A stretch of 64,000 bases of DNA, from the sequence record NC_041994.1, one strand, 5' to 3'. A program made the position numbers and the translations under genes. Below, piece after piece: positions 63,461-64,000 of this stretch (the first letter of the stretch is position 1; each line of letters starts with the position of its first letter). Under the pieces are notes generated by a model. It did not search any database and had not been told where the DNA came from. It was given only the letters and a program-made list of their open reading frames with translations.

Positions 63461-64000
63461 TTAGACCGCAGTGTCGATCAGTTCCAGAACAGGCCACCAG
63501 CTAACTGTGGCTGTCTGGGTGGAAGGTACGTTACCCCGATTGGAAACGTTTTGCCGACCTGCGACGTTACTGCCTCGCACGATGTTGTTTGTTGTGCTGC
63601 CACGTTCCTGCACATGGCAGTAGTAGTTGGAGTTAAACCCCATCAAAGCAGCCGTGTAGTTCGCCGTGTTGATCAGACGCTGTTTGTTTGGCACATACTG
63701 GAACAGTGGATAGATCAGATCTTCCCACTCACACAGGAATGCGTCGTTTGGTTCAGCGGTGTTTTCAGCGGCCGGTGGTACGTCAGTCACGACATCGCTA
63801 TAACCGGTCATCAGACGCACGATGAACGTGTCTGGACCAATCTTCACCGTACGTTTCTGGTTGACCGTCGGTGTAGGTAGGAACGTACCCTTACCGTTGT
63901 CGTCAGTACCATATACCAAACCTAGGTTGTACAACTGTACCCACGTCACACCGGAGACCAGTGCCTGTTTAGGCACGATCAACACTTTACCCTTACGGGC
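63461..64000 (-). CDS. Third tail-fibre-like paralog, 5'-truncated
   Basis: Open to the window end; GKVLIVPK...W..LY.LGL.YGTDDNG...WWPVLEL. Confidence 0.7.
   Translation of the reverse strand, partial: ARKGKVLIVPKQALVSGVTWVQLYNLGLVYGTDDNGKGTFLPTPTVNQKRTVKIGPDTFIVRLMTGYSDVVTDVPPAAENTAEPNDAFLCEWEDLIYPLFQYVPNKQRLINTANYTAALMGFNSNYYCHVQERGSTTNNIVRGSNVAGRQNVSNRGNVPSTQTATVSWWPVLELIDTAV

Noticed and set aside
1-64000. tRNA or rRNA genes
   Set aside because: No intergenic gap showed a T-loop/D-loop cloverleaf; gaps are short and filled by hairpins. tRNAscan-SE would be decisive.

Overview
A 64 kb segment of a phiKZ-like (Chimalliviridae, nucleus-forming) jumbo phage. The host is most likely a non-aeruginosa Pseudomonas, inferred from a captured AmrZ domain. 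Recognisable core genes lie in phiKZ-like order: virion RNA polymerase beta' C-terminal subunit (gp80-like), split family-B DNA polymerase subunit (gp82-like), baseplate and inner-head blocks, DnaB helicase (gp118-like), major capsid protein (gp120-like), non-virion RNAP beta subunit (gp123-like), portal (gp129-like) and tail-fibre-like paralogs. phiKZ gp numbers come from recalled motifs and synteny, not a database search. An accessory island (about 34.7-43.3 kb) holds many small membrane proteins, a DarG-type macrodomain and an AmrZ fusion. About 16 related GC-rich hairpins punctuate the window. The best new-system candidate is an ADP-ribose counter-defence set. A NADAR-like domain has no start codon of its own and is reachable by a -1 shift at a dnaX-type A_AAA_AAG slippery site 14 codons before the DNA polymerase stop, which would give a polymerase-NADAR fusion. 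A separate macrodomain and an ART-like protein carrying a head-protease site complete the set. A second candidate -1 frameshift joins a T4 gp26-like/gp51-like pair. No tRNA, rRNA, CRISPR array, intron, intein or reverse transcriptase was seen.
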